From positions 450,001 to 482,000 of the forward strand of contig MKSO01000001.1 of the NCBI GenBank assembly GCA_001897305.1: DNA of 32,000 bases, read 5' to 3'. The notes below the pieces were generated by a model, which was not told the DNA's origin, ran no database searches, and saw nothing but the letters and a program-made list of their open reading frames with translations. Within the stretch, counting starts at the first letter, position 1; each line of letters opens with the position of its first letter. Both the position numbers and the translations under genes were made by a program. The DNA is from Candidatus Saccharimonadota bacterium. GTDB taxonomy: Bacteria > Patescibacteriota > Saccharimonadia > Saccharimonadales > Saccharimonadaceae. Positions 1 through 10,667 of the stretch are shown here, piece by piece.

Positions 1-1472
1 AATTTATTAAATACTTTATTCTGATCAGTTCGGCTTATCCCTATACCCGTATCTTTTACGGTAAAGGTGACGATATTTTTCGAGCGACGACCGATAATAG
101 TAACGCTTCCTTCATTAGTGTACTTAATCGCATTAGTAATAAAGTTTTGGAGTAGTTCTTCAAGGTATAGGCGGCTAGTCATGACCGATCCAAGACTATG
201 TCCAAGATCAAGATTAAGCTCCAGCTTACGGTCGCGAGCCGATTTCTCGTACTGCTGGTGTAAGCTTTGAAGCAAATCAGAGACATTGATTGACTCTGGT
301 GTATCGGCAACGCCTCGCTCAGCACGCGACAAAGTACTGAGGTCGTTAACCATTTTGGCGAGATAGAGCACTTGATCATGCGCCGTCGAGACGGTGTCGG
401 CTAGTACCTCATGCGGTGGTGGTGTCGGACGTTTGATTAATACGTCCAAATTAGATAGGCTCCCCTCGACAATGGTAATTGGCGTACGAAGTTCATGACT
501 AACCACGCTAATAAATTCATCCCGCTCTTCTTCAAGACTCTTTTGCTTTGTGACATCACGCATGATAAGGATATACCCACCCTGCTCAGACGCCTTCTTG
601 CGAGTACTGTAACTACTTTTGATGGGTGACAACGTTATTTCTAATCGAATAGACTCACCGTCTTTATAGGTATGGTTCAGGTCGTCACGACGAATAGTAC
701 GCGTTGCTTCGTTTAGAAGGTTTGTAAGTTGAACCGGCTGACCATCTTTATCGGTCAGATTAAAAAGTTCGCCTATAGAACGGCCTTTAAGCGTATCGTT
801 TGTGTCAAGCAAGTCCAGGCAGGCTGCGTTATACATAAGAATACTACCCTTGTCGTCAGTGCTAAAGGCAGCGTCTGTAAGATTATTCATAATGGTAGTC
901 ATACGGTCATACTGCCAACGTTCCCTGTTTTGACTGTGCTGCAGGGCGCGTCGGCGGGTTTCTTGACTACTACTAATAGCGGTTACGATTGTACTGAGCA
1001 AAATAACACTAATTGCTACTAGTACATTTTGAAGGAGTAGCTGATTCTGAGCGTTTCCGTGGATAGCAGTATCTAGAGCCAAAGCCCCAAGGAGAGCAGC
1101 TATACTTGCCCCATAGCCCAGTCGCCCATAATAGAAATAACTGCTAATAACAAGAACTATGTAAAACGGCATAAATGGCTGTACAAAGCCGATTACCAAG
1201 ATACAGATAGCCAAAGCGAAGAAGTGTAGCAAGATAAGCCGCAGTCCATGATCGGTGTGCTCGCTGGCGGGTTTTATATAGTAATACAGGCTTATAAGAA
1301 CCCAGAAAAATAACAAACTAAACGCAACAGGCGTGCTAATGACACGGTCAGTAGGTATTAGGCCCATAATGACGAGTAACGCGTATATAGCAGTAAGCGG
1401 TGCTACGGCCACACGAATAAGGCGAACGATCGCAATTGTTTCGTCACTGTACTGCATACCACCCGCTTTCAT
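1..1472 (-). CDS. Membrane-bound sensor histidine kinase with PAS-like domain (partial; C-terminus runs off the window start)
   Basis: Missing from the ORF track because there is no stop inside the window. My translation of the minus strand from ATG (1472-1470) reads open to base 1 (490 codons + 2 nt): MKAGGMQYSDETIAIVRLIRV... It has 5-6 hydrophobic helices and a PAS-like segment (TTIMNNLTDAAFSTDDKGSILMYN). It also has H-box FISVVSHELRTPIT, N-box LLQNFITNAIKYT and G1 box VKDTGIGI. Confidence 0.9.
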   Translation of the reverse strand, partial: MKAGGMQYSDETIAIVRLIRVAVAPLTAIYALLVIMGLIPTDRVISTPVAFSLLFFWVLISLYYYIKPASEHTDHGLRLILLHFFALAICILVIGFVQPFMPFYIVLVISSYFYYGRLGYGASIAALLGALALDTAIHGNAQNQLLLQNVLVAISVILLSTIVTAISSSQETRRRALQHSQNRERWQYDRMTTIMNNLTDAAFSTDDKGSILMYNAACLDLLDTNDTLKGRSIGELFNLTDKDGQPVQLTNLLNEATRTIRRDDLNHTYKDGESIRLEITLSPIKSSYSTRKKASEQGGYILIMRDVTKQKSLEEERDEFISVVSHELRTPITIVEGSLSNLDVLIKRPTPPPHEVLADTVSTAHDQVLYLAKMVNDLSTLSRAERGVADTPESINVSDLLQSLHQQYEKSARDRKLELNLDLGHSLGSVMTSRLYLEELLQNFITNAIKYTNEGSVTIIGRRSKNIVTFTVKDTGIGISRTDQNKVFNK

Positions 1473-1483
1473 ATGTGCTTATG

Positions 1484-1512
1484 ATTATAGCGTAAGTTAG
1501 GTATGCTGACTA
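1484..1512 (-). promoter_or_regulatory. Candidate sigma70-type promoter for the histidine kinase (TAGTCA-17 nt-TATAAT)
   Basis: On the minus strand there is a perfect TATAAT (1489-1484), with ATG (1472) after an 11-nt gap. A 4/6 -35 (TAGTCA, 1512-1507) sits at 17-nt spacing. The element overlaps the 3' end of the upstream gene. Sequence pattern only. Confidence 0.35.
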
Positions 1513-1517
1513 TATAT

Positions 1518-2207
1518 CTAAATTGATGGCGTTTCTGTCTTTAAGCGCTTACGATGTACTTTATACTGTGCATCGCCTTGCTCTACGAGTTCCCAGAAGT
1601 GAGTACTATGGTTCATTTCAACAGTATGCGCTAACTCGTGTATTAAGACGTAGTCAATAAGCTCAAAAGGCAGTTTCATCAAAGCAATATTAAGGCTGAT
1701 GGTACCTTCACTGCTACAACTTCCCCATCGGCTGCTCGCATGAGAAAACCGCACCTTAGCATAGGTGAAGCCAAGTGTTTGCGCTAAATACCCTAAGCGC
1801 CTAGGGAGATAGCTTTTGGCTTCCTTTCGCAAGGCTTTAATCGAAGCATCTCTTAAGAGCCGTACAACATCGGCATCGGCCAGCTGTTTTGCCTCGGGCA
1901 GTGTAAGTACAATCCGCTGACCTTCAATGGCCGTACCTACGCGATCACCTTTTTTAACTAAGATAGTGTGACTCTTGCCAATTTGTTGGCCATCATAATA
2001 GGTAGTGTCGGGTTGTGCCTGGGTGAGCATTTTCCGTAGCTGTGGTCGTGAACTTTTAACGAGCCTTTTTAATAGAAAAAGAGGTGCATACAGCGGCATA
2101 GAAGCGCGCAATGTACCGTCGGGGGCGACCCGTAGACGCACTTGACGCGAACGGGCGCTACGTCTGACGGTAATAGTGCCGAACTCATCATCCTGAATCG
2201 TTGGCAT
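1518..2207 (-). CDS. YgjP/DUF45-type (M48-like) zinc metallohydrolase
   Basis: 229-aa ORF with C-terminal motif YVLIHELAHTVEMNHSTHFWELV (HExxH followed by H), typical of the YgjP/SprT-like DUF45 family. It lies 9 nt downstream of the preceding gene. Confidence 0.75.
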   Translation of the reverse strand: MPTIQDDEFGTITVRRSARSRQVRLRVAPDGTLRASMPLYAPLFLLKRLVKSSRPQLRKMLTQAQPDTTYYDGQQIGKSHTILVKKGDRVGTAIEGQRIVLTLPEAKQLADADVVRLLRDASIKALRKEAKSYLPRRLGYLAQTLGFTYAKVRFSHASSRWGSCSSEGTISLNIALMKLPFELIDYVLIHELAHTVEMNHSTHFWELVEQGDAQYKVHRKRLKTETPSI

Positions 2208-2216
2208 ACTTCTACC

Positions 2217-2789
2217 CTATCGAATGCTTATCTGCCGACCATGCGGCCTTGGTGCGGGAGGCGTTGTGCCCGTTTGCGGAGGGCGCGTATTTGCAAGTTG
2301 CTTTAGTACAACCTTTAATTGTGTTGCATAGGTATGCTTGCCGCTAATAACGACCGGTTTTTCTTGTTGAACTGGTGGTTGGAATTGTTGAAGAAGCGTG
2401 TCGAATTGCTCGCTCGTTAACCCGGAACCCTGAGGATACCGCCTCAATGCACGACGTTTAGACTCGTTACTGTCTGTTTGAACCCAGACGGTAAGTACAT
2501 TGTAGCCTTGTTTTGTCAGGAGCTTGTACAGCTCCATACGATGGGTAATACGGTCAGTGCCACCGTCGATAACGATAGTGCGGCGTGTTTTTAGCAATTC
2601 GCTCAAGAAATAAGCACTAATTCCGTCGGCAAGGGATGCGTCAAGATTAAATGATCGCGCCAATTCCGACTTGCTTACAACTGGTGCCTGAAAAGTATCT
2701 GCAAAATGTTGAGCAAAACTGGTCTTGCCCGCACCAGGAATACCAACCATGACAATCACGTGTGGATTTTCGGGAGTCAGGGGTTTCAT
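2217..2789 (-). CDS. P-loop NTPase / small-molecule or polynucleotide kinase-like protein (AAA_33/zeta-like fold)
   Basis: 190-aa ORF with Walker A VMVGIPGAGKTSF near the N-terminus, a VIDGG (Walker B-like) segment and a Pro-rich C-terminal tail. Substrate unknown. Confidence 0.65.
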   Translation of the reverse strand: MKPLTPENPHVIVMVGIPGAGKTSFAQHFADTFQAPVVSKSELARSFNLDASLADGISAYFLSELLKTRRTIVIDGGTDRITHRMELYKLLTKQGYNVLTVWVQTDSNESKRRALRRYPQGSGLTSEQFDTLLQQFQPPVQQEKPVVISGKHTYATQLKVVLKQLANTRPPQTGTTPPAPRPHGRQISIR

Positions 2790-2796
2790 GTTAGAC

Positions 2797-2805
2797 AGTA
2801 TACCA
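2797..2805 (-). promoter_or_regulatory. Extended -10 element TGGTATACT, 7 nt upstream of the kinase ATG (leaderless-type promoter)
   Basis: The minus strand reads cTGGTATACTgtctaacATG. This is TGnTATAcT followed by 7 nt and then the start codon at 2789. There is no Shine-Dalgarno sequence in between. Confidence 0.4.
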
Positions 2806-2857
2806 GATACATCCCTGTGTTGTTAGGGGGTAGAATGAATTCGACGGTTAATACGTC

Positions 2858-3463
2858 TTATTTTACTTCTGCAGTAACAGTAACGACGGTATCTTTAGAT
2901 GTGGTCGTTGTTACTCCAGCTTGGTCTAGACTTTCAGCCGACGCTTTTGATTGCCAGAATAGATACGCACCAACAGCCGCTACAACAACGATAATAAGAA
3001 CTACCAAGAGAATGACAACGGTCTTAGAGGATTTTTTAGCCGGTTCTGTGACAGGAGCGACAGCTGCAACAGTAGCAACTTGCTCAGCAACAGGCGAACT
3101 AACCGTTTCAGTAGATGGTTCTGCTAATGTAACAGGTTCTGACGAAGCCGGCTGCTCGCTAGCAACAGGAGGTGTATTATTTGGTGTGGATTGTGGGGCA
3201 AACGCGTCGTTTGGTACAGCAGACTCGGTCGTTGTGGTTGGGTTTTCAGCGACAGGCTCACTACCAAGAGTCTCGACCGCTTGTTGAGTTGGCGCTTCTG
3301 AAGTAGAAGACAGCTCTGAAGCTATCGGAGATGAAGGGGATGATGTCTCGGCGGCCGTAGGAGCTGCTTCTAGGGGCGTTGTCGCTGGGGTTTGAGCTTG
3401 AGGTTGAGGTGTTGGTGAAAATGGCTGCGTTTCTTCTGGCTGATTTGGTGTTTGCGGATTCAT
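2858..3463 (-). CDS. Hypothetical single-pass membrane protein with ~150-aa Pro/Thr/Ser/Ala/Glu-rich low-complexity N-terminal region
   Basis: 201-aa ORF with strong SD (AGGAGGG, 5 nt before ATG). It has no signal peptide. Residues 1-150 are low complexity (PTPQPQAQTPATTPLEAAPTAAETSSPSSP...). This is followed by KKSSK + TM helix VVILLVVLIIVVVAAVGAYLFW and a ~35-aa tail. Confidence 0.6.
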   Translation of the reverse strand: MNPQTPNQPEETQPFSPTPQPQAQTPATTPLEAAPTAAETSSPSSPIASELSSTSEAPTQQAVETLGSEPVAENPTTTTESAVPNDAFAPQSTPNNTPPVASEQPASSEPVTLAEPSTETVSSPVAEQVATVAAVAPVTEPAKKSSKTVVILLVVLIIVVVAAVGAYLFWQSKASAESLDQAGVTTTTSKDTVVTVTAEVK

Positions 3464-3526
3464 TGTGTCCCTCCTGCGCTAGGTGATGGCATACTGCTTA
3501 TGCCTAATTATGTATTCATGTTGTAG

Positions 3527-3535
3527 TGTATACCA
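3527..3535 (-). promoter_or_regulatory. Extended -10-like element TGGTATACA upstream of the low-complexity protein gene
   Basis: The minus strand reads tttttaTGGTATACActac, about 64 nt upstream of ATG 3463. It shares the TGGTATAC core with the element at 2797-2805. A 6-bp hairpin (GGCATA-ctgct-TATGCC, 3488-3504) lies in the predicted 5' UTR. Confidence 0.3.
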
Positions 3536-3536
3536 T

Positions 3537-3558
3537 AAAAACGCTTATGTCGAATAGC
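3537..3558 (-). terminator. Weak candidate intrinsic terminator after atpC
   Basis: Just after the atpC stop (3565-3563) the minus strand reads GCTATtcgacATAAGC followed by GTTTTTAT. This is an imperfect 5-6 bp AT-rich stem plus a T-tract. It is the only terminator-like structure downstream of the 22.8 kb gene train. Confidence 0.3.
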
Positions 3559-3562
3559 ATTT

Positions 3563-6081
<2,519 letters not shown>

Positions 6082-6095
<14 letters not shown>

Positions 6096-7626
6096 TAAGT
6101 ATCTCCTGGTCGCTTTGAAGGATACCGCTTAGTGTCTCCAACTCAGCAACCAATCGTTCGCGCTTCTTTTGAGGTTCTGGGGTATCGGGGTGTTTTAGGA
6201 AATCATCAAGACATTCTTTCAGCACAATAGCAGCGTGGTCGTATGGCATGGTCAAGATGGTCGAATTCAGAATTGTATCATAAGGTTTCGAACGTATAAA
6301 TTTCAGAAGTGCGACCCTCACGTCTTCAATTTGAGATTCTCCCCACTTCTTAATCACCTCTGATACAACAATATACATCAAAACCGACTCTTCAATATTA
6401 GAGTAATAGTCGTCGTGGGCTTGGTGAAATAGGTCATCCGCCCTTAGGCCTATGTCATAAATAGCCTGAGCTTCATCGGACAGTTCGGCTCCAAACGACA
6501 TAAATTCGACAATTTCGTTATAACGAATCAATAAGCCTTTTAGCTTTTCCGACAATACTTTAATAAGCGGCGACTGAGCACGGCTACCAATACGGGATAC
6601 CGAGAAACCGCTATCAATTGGCGGCTGAGCGCCCCGGTTGGCTAAGGCTTGACGGAAAAGAATGTGACCGTCTGTAATAGACATGAGGTTAGTAGTAATG
6701 TAATCCGTTGCTTCTTCACTTTGCGTTTCCACTACAGGCAGGGCGGTAATAGTACCGCCGCCCACATCATCACTAAATGCCCCAGCGCGCTCGAGCAGCC
6801 TTGAGTGTAAATAAAAGACATCACCAGGGTAGGCCTCACGTGAAGCCGGCCTCTCTAGCAATAGTGACATTTGTCGATACACTTTGGCATGGCTTGTTAA
6901 GTTGTCGTATACAATGAGCACATCTTTACCTTGGGTTGTGAAATATTCTGCAATCGTTGTGCCAACCATTGGTGCAATGTAGTTGAGTGACGCCGTTTCG
7001 GATGTACGGCCCATAATTACTACCGTACGCTCTAAGCCACCTTGTTTTTCAAGCCGTTCAATACGTCGTTTTGAAGCAGCGGCTTCGGCGTCAATCGCCA
7101 CATACACACAGATAAGATTGGTATTAAGGCGTGCCTGATTACAAATAATATCAATCGCCAGGTCACTTTGCCCTGAATTTTTTTCACCCAACAGAAGCTC
7201 ACGCTGCCCTAAACCGATAGGAATTTGTGAATCAATAGCAATGTACCCCGTTTGAAGCGGGCGATCGATAATTTTACGTTGGTAGACGGGTCTCGCAATT
7301 GCCTCTATGGGGTATAATGTGTCGGAAGAATAGCGTATTTCACCCTTTCCGTCTATAGGTTCACCTAGTGGACTGATGACGCGACCAAGCATTTCCAAGC
7401 CCGCGCGAGTACTTAGCTGCGGGGCCGTTACGCGCACAAGGTCACCTTTTTTAACGTCAATATAACTACCGAATAAAGCGATTTCAGCTTCGGCGTGGTG
7501 AAAACCAAGCACCATACCCCTCGCTCCGGATGAAAATGTCACGACGTTACCGAGACCAATAGCCTCGAGGTCGGTAACGATGCATATTTCGCCCTTCACT
7601 TGTTGGACGCGCCCAATATTATCCAT
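6082..7626 (-). CDS. atpA: F-type ATP synthase subunit alpha with degenerate Walker A
   Basis: 514 aa with the alpha hallmarks REAYPGDVFYLHSRLLERA, ITALPVVETQ and SITDGHILF. The P-loop position reads GEKNSGQS (7188-7165) instead of the canonical GDRQTGKT. Confidence 0.93.
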
Positions 7627-8143
7627 TAAGCACCTCCTGAAGGTGGCGTCGGGTTAATTGCGTTGCAGCCGCCCTCATTGTCTTATCTACCACTCTTGAA
7701 CGATCATTGATCCGAAAGCCCGCTATAATGCTGGGGTCGACCTCAAACAGAATACGCGCCCCAGCAGGATAACTAGGCATAATTGTACGAGCAATGTGCT
7801 GTTTAACTTCTTCCGGTAAAGTAAGTGCGGTCGTAAAATGAACTTGTTGAATATGGTGATAGCGCTTAATACAGTGGTTCAAGAAGAGTCTACCCGTATC
7901 GCCTATTACAGCGGCCACTAATTTGTTATCGACTAGCCAACCGACAAAATCGAGAATTTCGGCCGATAATTGACCCTCAAACAATAACTCTACGTCGTCT
8001 TTACTCATATTTCGAACATCCTGGCTGGCAGCGGCAAAACTAATTCGTTCTACCAGCACTTGCAACTCGCCTATAAGCTGGCTAATCGCGAGCGACTGCG
8101 TGCGTGCATCTAGTTCGCTGATAATTTGCTCGGCGGCCGTCAT
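7619..8143 (-). CDS. atpH: F-type ATP synthase subunit delta (OSCP)
   Basis: 174 aa, located between b and alpha. The C-terminal motif VDPSIIAGFRINDRSRVVDKTMRAAATQL matches the delta/OSCP consensus (vDp.liGG..i..gd.viD.S). Confidence 0.85.
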   Translation of the reverse strand: MTAAEQIISELDARTQSLAISQLIGELQVLVERISFAAASQDVRNMSKDDVELLFEGQLSAEILDFVGWLVDNKLVAAVIGDTGRLFLNHCIKRYHHIQQVHFTTALTLPEEVKQHIARTIMPSYPAGARILFEVDPSIIAGFRINDRSRVVDKTMRAAATQLTRRHLQEVLNG

Positions 8144-8655
8144 TGTGATGTCCTATTCTCGTTGATATATTCTTGTAGTAACGAACGGATTAAATCGATA
8201 TGCTGCTGATCGGTATATGTTTTTCCAATGTATTGCCCGACTACCCATTCTATTGTTTGAGCAGATTGCTCGAGAGCTTTTTGTTTATAGGCAGCCGATT
8301 CGTGCTGAGCACCAATGATAATATCCTGCGCTTGTTTTCGGGCTTCTATAATAATTGAGCCTGCATCTTGTTGAGCCTTTACAACCGCTGTCCGCATAAC
8401 ATTGCTCACGTCTTGCAGAGCCGACTGCGTTCCCTTGTGTACTATGTCTACATAGTTTTCCTGAAATTGCTTGTTTGTATCGACAATTTTATCGGCAGCT
8501 TCGTCAAAATACTTTTTTGCATCTTCGCGCACCAAGAAACCCAGTTTGGCGAAAGAAGCATTCAGCCGTCGCATCATCACAATCAAATAAATTATCAGCC
8601 CAAATATTAAACTGATAGCACCAAAAATGAGTACAGTTACCACCCCTGAATCCAT
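8140..8655 (-). CDS. atpF: F-type ATP synthase subunit b (peripheral stalk)
   Basis: 171 aa with one N-terminal TM helix (VVTVLIFGAISLIFGLIIYLIVMM) followed by a long charged helical region (AQQDAGSIIIEARKQAQDIIIGAQHESAAYKQKALEQ). It overlaps atpH by 4 nt (ATGA). Assigned from architecture and position. Confidence 0.7.
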   Translation of the reverse strand: MDSGVVTVLIFGAISLIFGLIIYLIVMMRRLNASFAKLGFLVREDAKKYFDEAADKIVDTNKQFQENYVDIVHKGTQSALQDVSNVMRTAVVKAQQDAGSIIIEARKQAQDIIIGAQHESAAYKQKALEQSAQTIEWVVGQYIGKTYTDQQHIDLIRSLLQEYINENRTSQ

Positions 8656-8669
8656 AAATGCTTAGTGCC

Positions 8670-9866
8670 TTATGAGTACAGTTCCTCGAGAGGATTAAGT
8701 TGTGCGGCCCGCTTTGCGGGTATTGTACCTACTATCCACCCAATTATTACCGATAGCATAAGTATTATTATAATCTGTCCGGTCGGTAATACAAAGACAG
8801 AAATTTCACCATAAAAAGCATCGGACGCGGCTAAGGCCCGCGCGTAGCCATTAAGTATAAATCCGCCGACCGTACCAAGTATAATTCCCATAACAGCGCC
8901 CAGTGACGTAATAAGTATCGACTGAATGACAAACAGAAGGCTAACATCTGAGCTACGAAGGCCCATAATACGCAGGAAGCCGATCTGTTGCGTCTCCTCC
9001 ATGAGTGTGAGTGTAATAATAGTAAATGTCGCAGTGACCGTAATAACAAACACGATGATACTGAAGACTACTAAAATGCCATTTATGACCGCAAAAAGCT
9101 TATTGATCTGATCGATGGTATCTTGGATGCTTGATGTCTGCAGTCCTTGACGCTCAACGGCTTCACGCACGGATGGGGCTTTGTCTGGATTGGTAAGTTG
9201 AAGACTCAATTGGGATACACTGCTAAGCCCCTGATCTTTCAGCGAATCAATTGAAGCATATATAACAGGCAAATTACCCCTGTCAATCACACCCTTAATG
9301 GTATACGACTTAGTTTTCGTGGGTGTCTCTTTATCAATTGTACGAACATAATCTGGCGTAAGGTTAATTGATAATTTGATTTCCTTCCCAATAGCAGACT
9401 TTGGATCAATAGAAAATGCAGTCAGAACAGTAGTGCTGACAACAATAGTGTCATCGGCTGGCTGCTGCTCGGTCGCACCCTGGACGGTGGTCGGCGGGTT
9501 AAGAGCGAAATAGTTACTTGATACAGCATACAGTGGTGCGTTGAGCGTAATGCCATGATATACGGCGTTCGATAATAGTCCGACAGATTCTGCAACATCG
9601 CTCACGCCACTTATGGATTGGATCGACGATACTCGCTGTTCATCTAATTTAACAGCATTAGAGCTCCGTAGCGTTACAGAGACGACGTTCGTCGCTTGAC
9701 CATTTTTTACTTGTGTATCGACAAGGTTTTTTAACCCCATCTGCAAACCAAAAAGCAAGACAATAACGCCGGAAGTTAATGAAATACCGGCCAGCGCCAG
9801 CGCTAAGCGAAGTTTTTTCTTAAAGGTATTAAGAAGAGCTAGACGAATAAAGAATAGGCTACGCAT
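8670..9866 (-). CDS. ABC transporter permease, FtsX/MacB (type VII) family with ~220-aa extracytoplasmic domain
   Basis: 398 aa: TM1 (LALALAGISLTSGVIVLLFGL), a large soluble loop (aa ~45-265), then three C-terminal TMs. This is the 4-TM FtsX/MacB/LolC topology. AAGGTG SD is present. The start is 2 nt after the ATPase gene stop. Confidence 0.85.
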   Translation of the reverse strand: MRSLFFIRLALLNTFKKKLRLALALAGISLTSGVIVLLFGLQMGLKNLVDTQVKNGQATNVVSVTLRSSNAVKLDEQRVSSIQSISGVSDVAESVGLLSNAVYHGITLNAPLYAVSSNYFALNPPTTVQGATEQQPADDTIVVSTTVLTAFSIDPKSAIGKEIKLSINLTPDYVRTIDKETPTKTKSYTIKGVIDRGNLPVIYASIDSLKDQGLSSVSQLSLQLTNPDKAPSVREAVERQGLQTSSIQDTIDQINKLFAVINGILVVFSIIVFVITVTATFTIITLTLMEETQQIGFLRIMGLRSSDVSLLFVIQSILITSLGAVMGIILGTVGGFILNGYARALAASDAFYGEISVFVLPTGQIIIILMLSVIIGWIVGTIPAKRAAQLNPLEELYS

Positions 9867-9868
9867 GA

Positions 9869-10666
9869 TTACACCTTGTCCTTATTTTCTTCGCTTTCAA
9901 CGTAACTAATTGCATCGCGTATATTCGTAAATGGATTACGCCTGTCTTCGATATCCCAAAGGCGACCATCCTGCATAAAGAACCACTTTTTTGACAACTT
10001 AAGGAAGTTCAAGTCGTGAGTTACCATGACAATAGTAATACCGTGAGCGGCAGAGGTATCCATTAGGATTTTTGTCACCTCTTCGACAGATTTTGTATCT
10101 AAGTGAGCGGTTGGCTCGTCCGCAAAAATGACCCAGGGGTCTTTTACGAGTGCCCTTGCTAGTGCAGCCTTTTGTTGTTGACCTGAAGACAATTCATTAG
10201 GGTGCTGATGGATTTCCTTTTCGAGCCCCACTTCTTTAATGAGGGTTATAGCTTTTTTTCGTGCCTTCGAGCGACTCCATCCCAGTAGATACAGTGGCAG
10301 TGCGACATTATCTATGAGCCCCATACCATCAATCCAGTACTGCGCTTGGGGTAGATAGCTCACCTTTTTTCGTCGTATCATCGTACGCTGTTCTTCGCTA
10401 AAACCAAAAAGCGATTCACCTTTTAGGAAAACCTCACCAACATCGGGCTTCGAAAGACCCATCAACATACTCATGAGCGTCGACTTGCCCGAGCCAGACT
10501 GGCCGAAGATAACAGCAAAATCACCATAGCCAACTTGTAACGTTACATCAGATACAGGACTCACCATCTTATCGCCCACTTTGAACACTTTTGATATACC
10601 CAACGTTTCGATAATTGGGGCCTTTACCTCGTGTTCCGGAAGTTGCTGCGTATCGTTATCGCTCAT
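9869..10666 (-). CDS. ABC transporter ATP-binding protein (MacB/LolD/FtsE-like)
   Basis: 265 aa with Walker A GQSGSGKST, Q-loop LPQAQ, signature LSSGQQQKAALARAL, Walker B VIFADEPTAHLD and H-loop VTHD. The start is 1 nt after the stop of the 2426-aa gene. Confidence 0.93.
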   Translation of the reverse strand: MSDNDTQQLPEHEVKAPIIETLGISKVFKVGDKMVSPVSDVTLQVGYGDFAVIFGQSGSGKSTLMSMLMGLSKPDVGEVFLKGESLFGFSEEQRTMIRRKKVSYLPQAQYWIDGMGLIDNVALPLYLLGWSRSKARKKAITLIKEVGLEKEIHQHPNELSSGQQQKAALARALVKDPWVIFADEPTAHLDTKSVEEVTKILMDTSAAHGITIVMVTHDLNFLKLSKKWFFMQDGRLWDIEDRRNPFTNIRDAISYVESEENKDKV

Positions 10667-10667
10667 G

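Noticed and set aside
67-1022. ORF-track entries 67-270(+), 179-379(-) and 729-1022(+) as independent small genes
   Set aside because: They lie inside, or antisense to, the 490-codon open minus-strand frame with clear histidine kinase motifs (H, N and G1 boxes). They have no motifs of their own and are shadow ORFs.
2217-2789. P-loop kinase as a zeta-toxin of a toxin-antitoxin pair
   Set aside because: There is no small epsilon-like antitoxin gene upstream; the upstream gene is a 201-aa low-complexity membrane protein with its own signals. The gene is instead coupled to a YgjP-like hydrolase. The evidence is insufficient.
2706-3287. 193-aa plus-strand ORF rich in Thr/Val/Ala/Ser
   Set aside because: It is the antisense reading of the low-complexity gene (2858-3463) and of the 5' end of the kinase gene. 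Its biased composition mirrors the opposite strand. It has no SD and no promoter.
8656-8669. A hidden atpE/atpB between the permease gene and atpF
   Set aside because: The gap is only 14 nt. No ORF with a c- or a-subunit-like sequence exists on either strand in the surrounding region.
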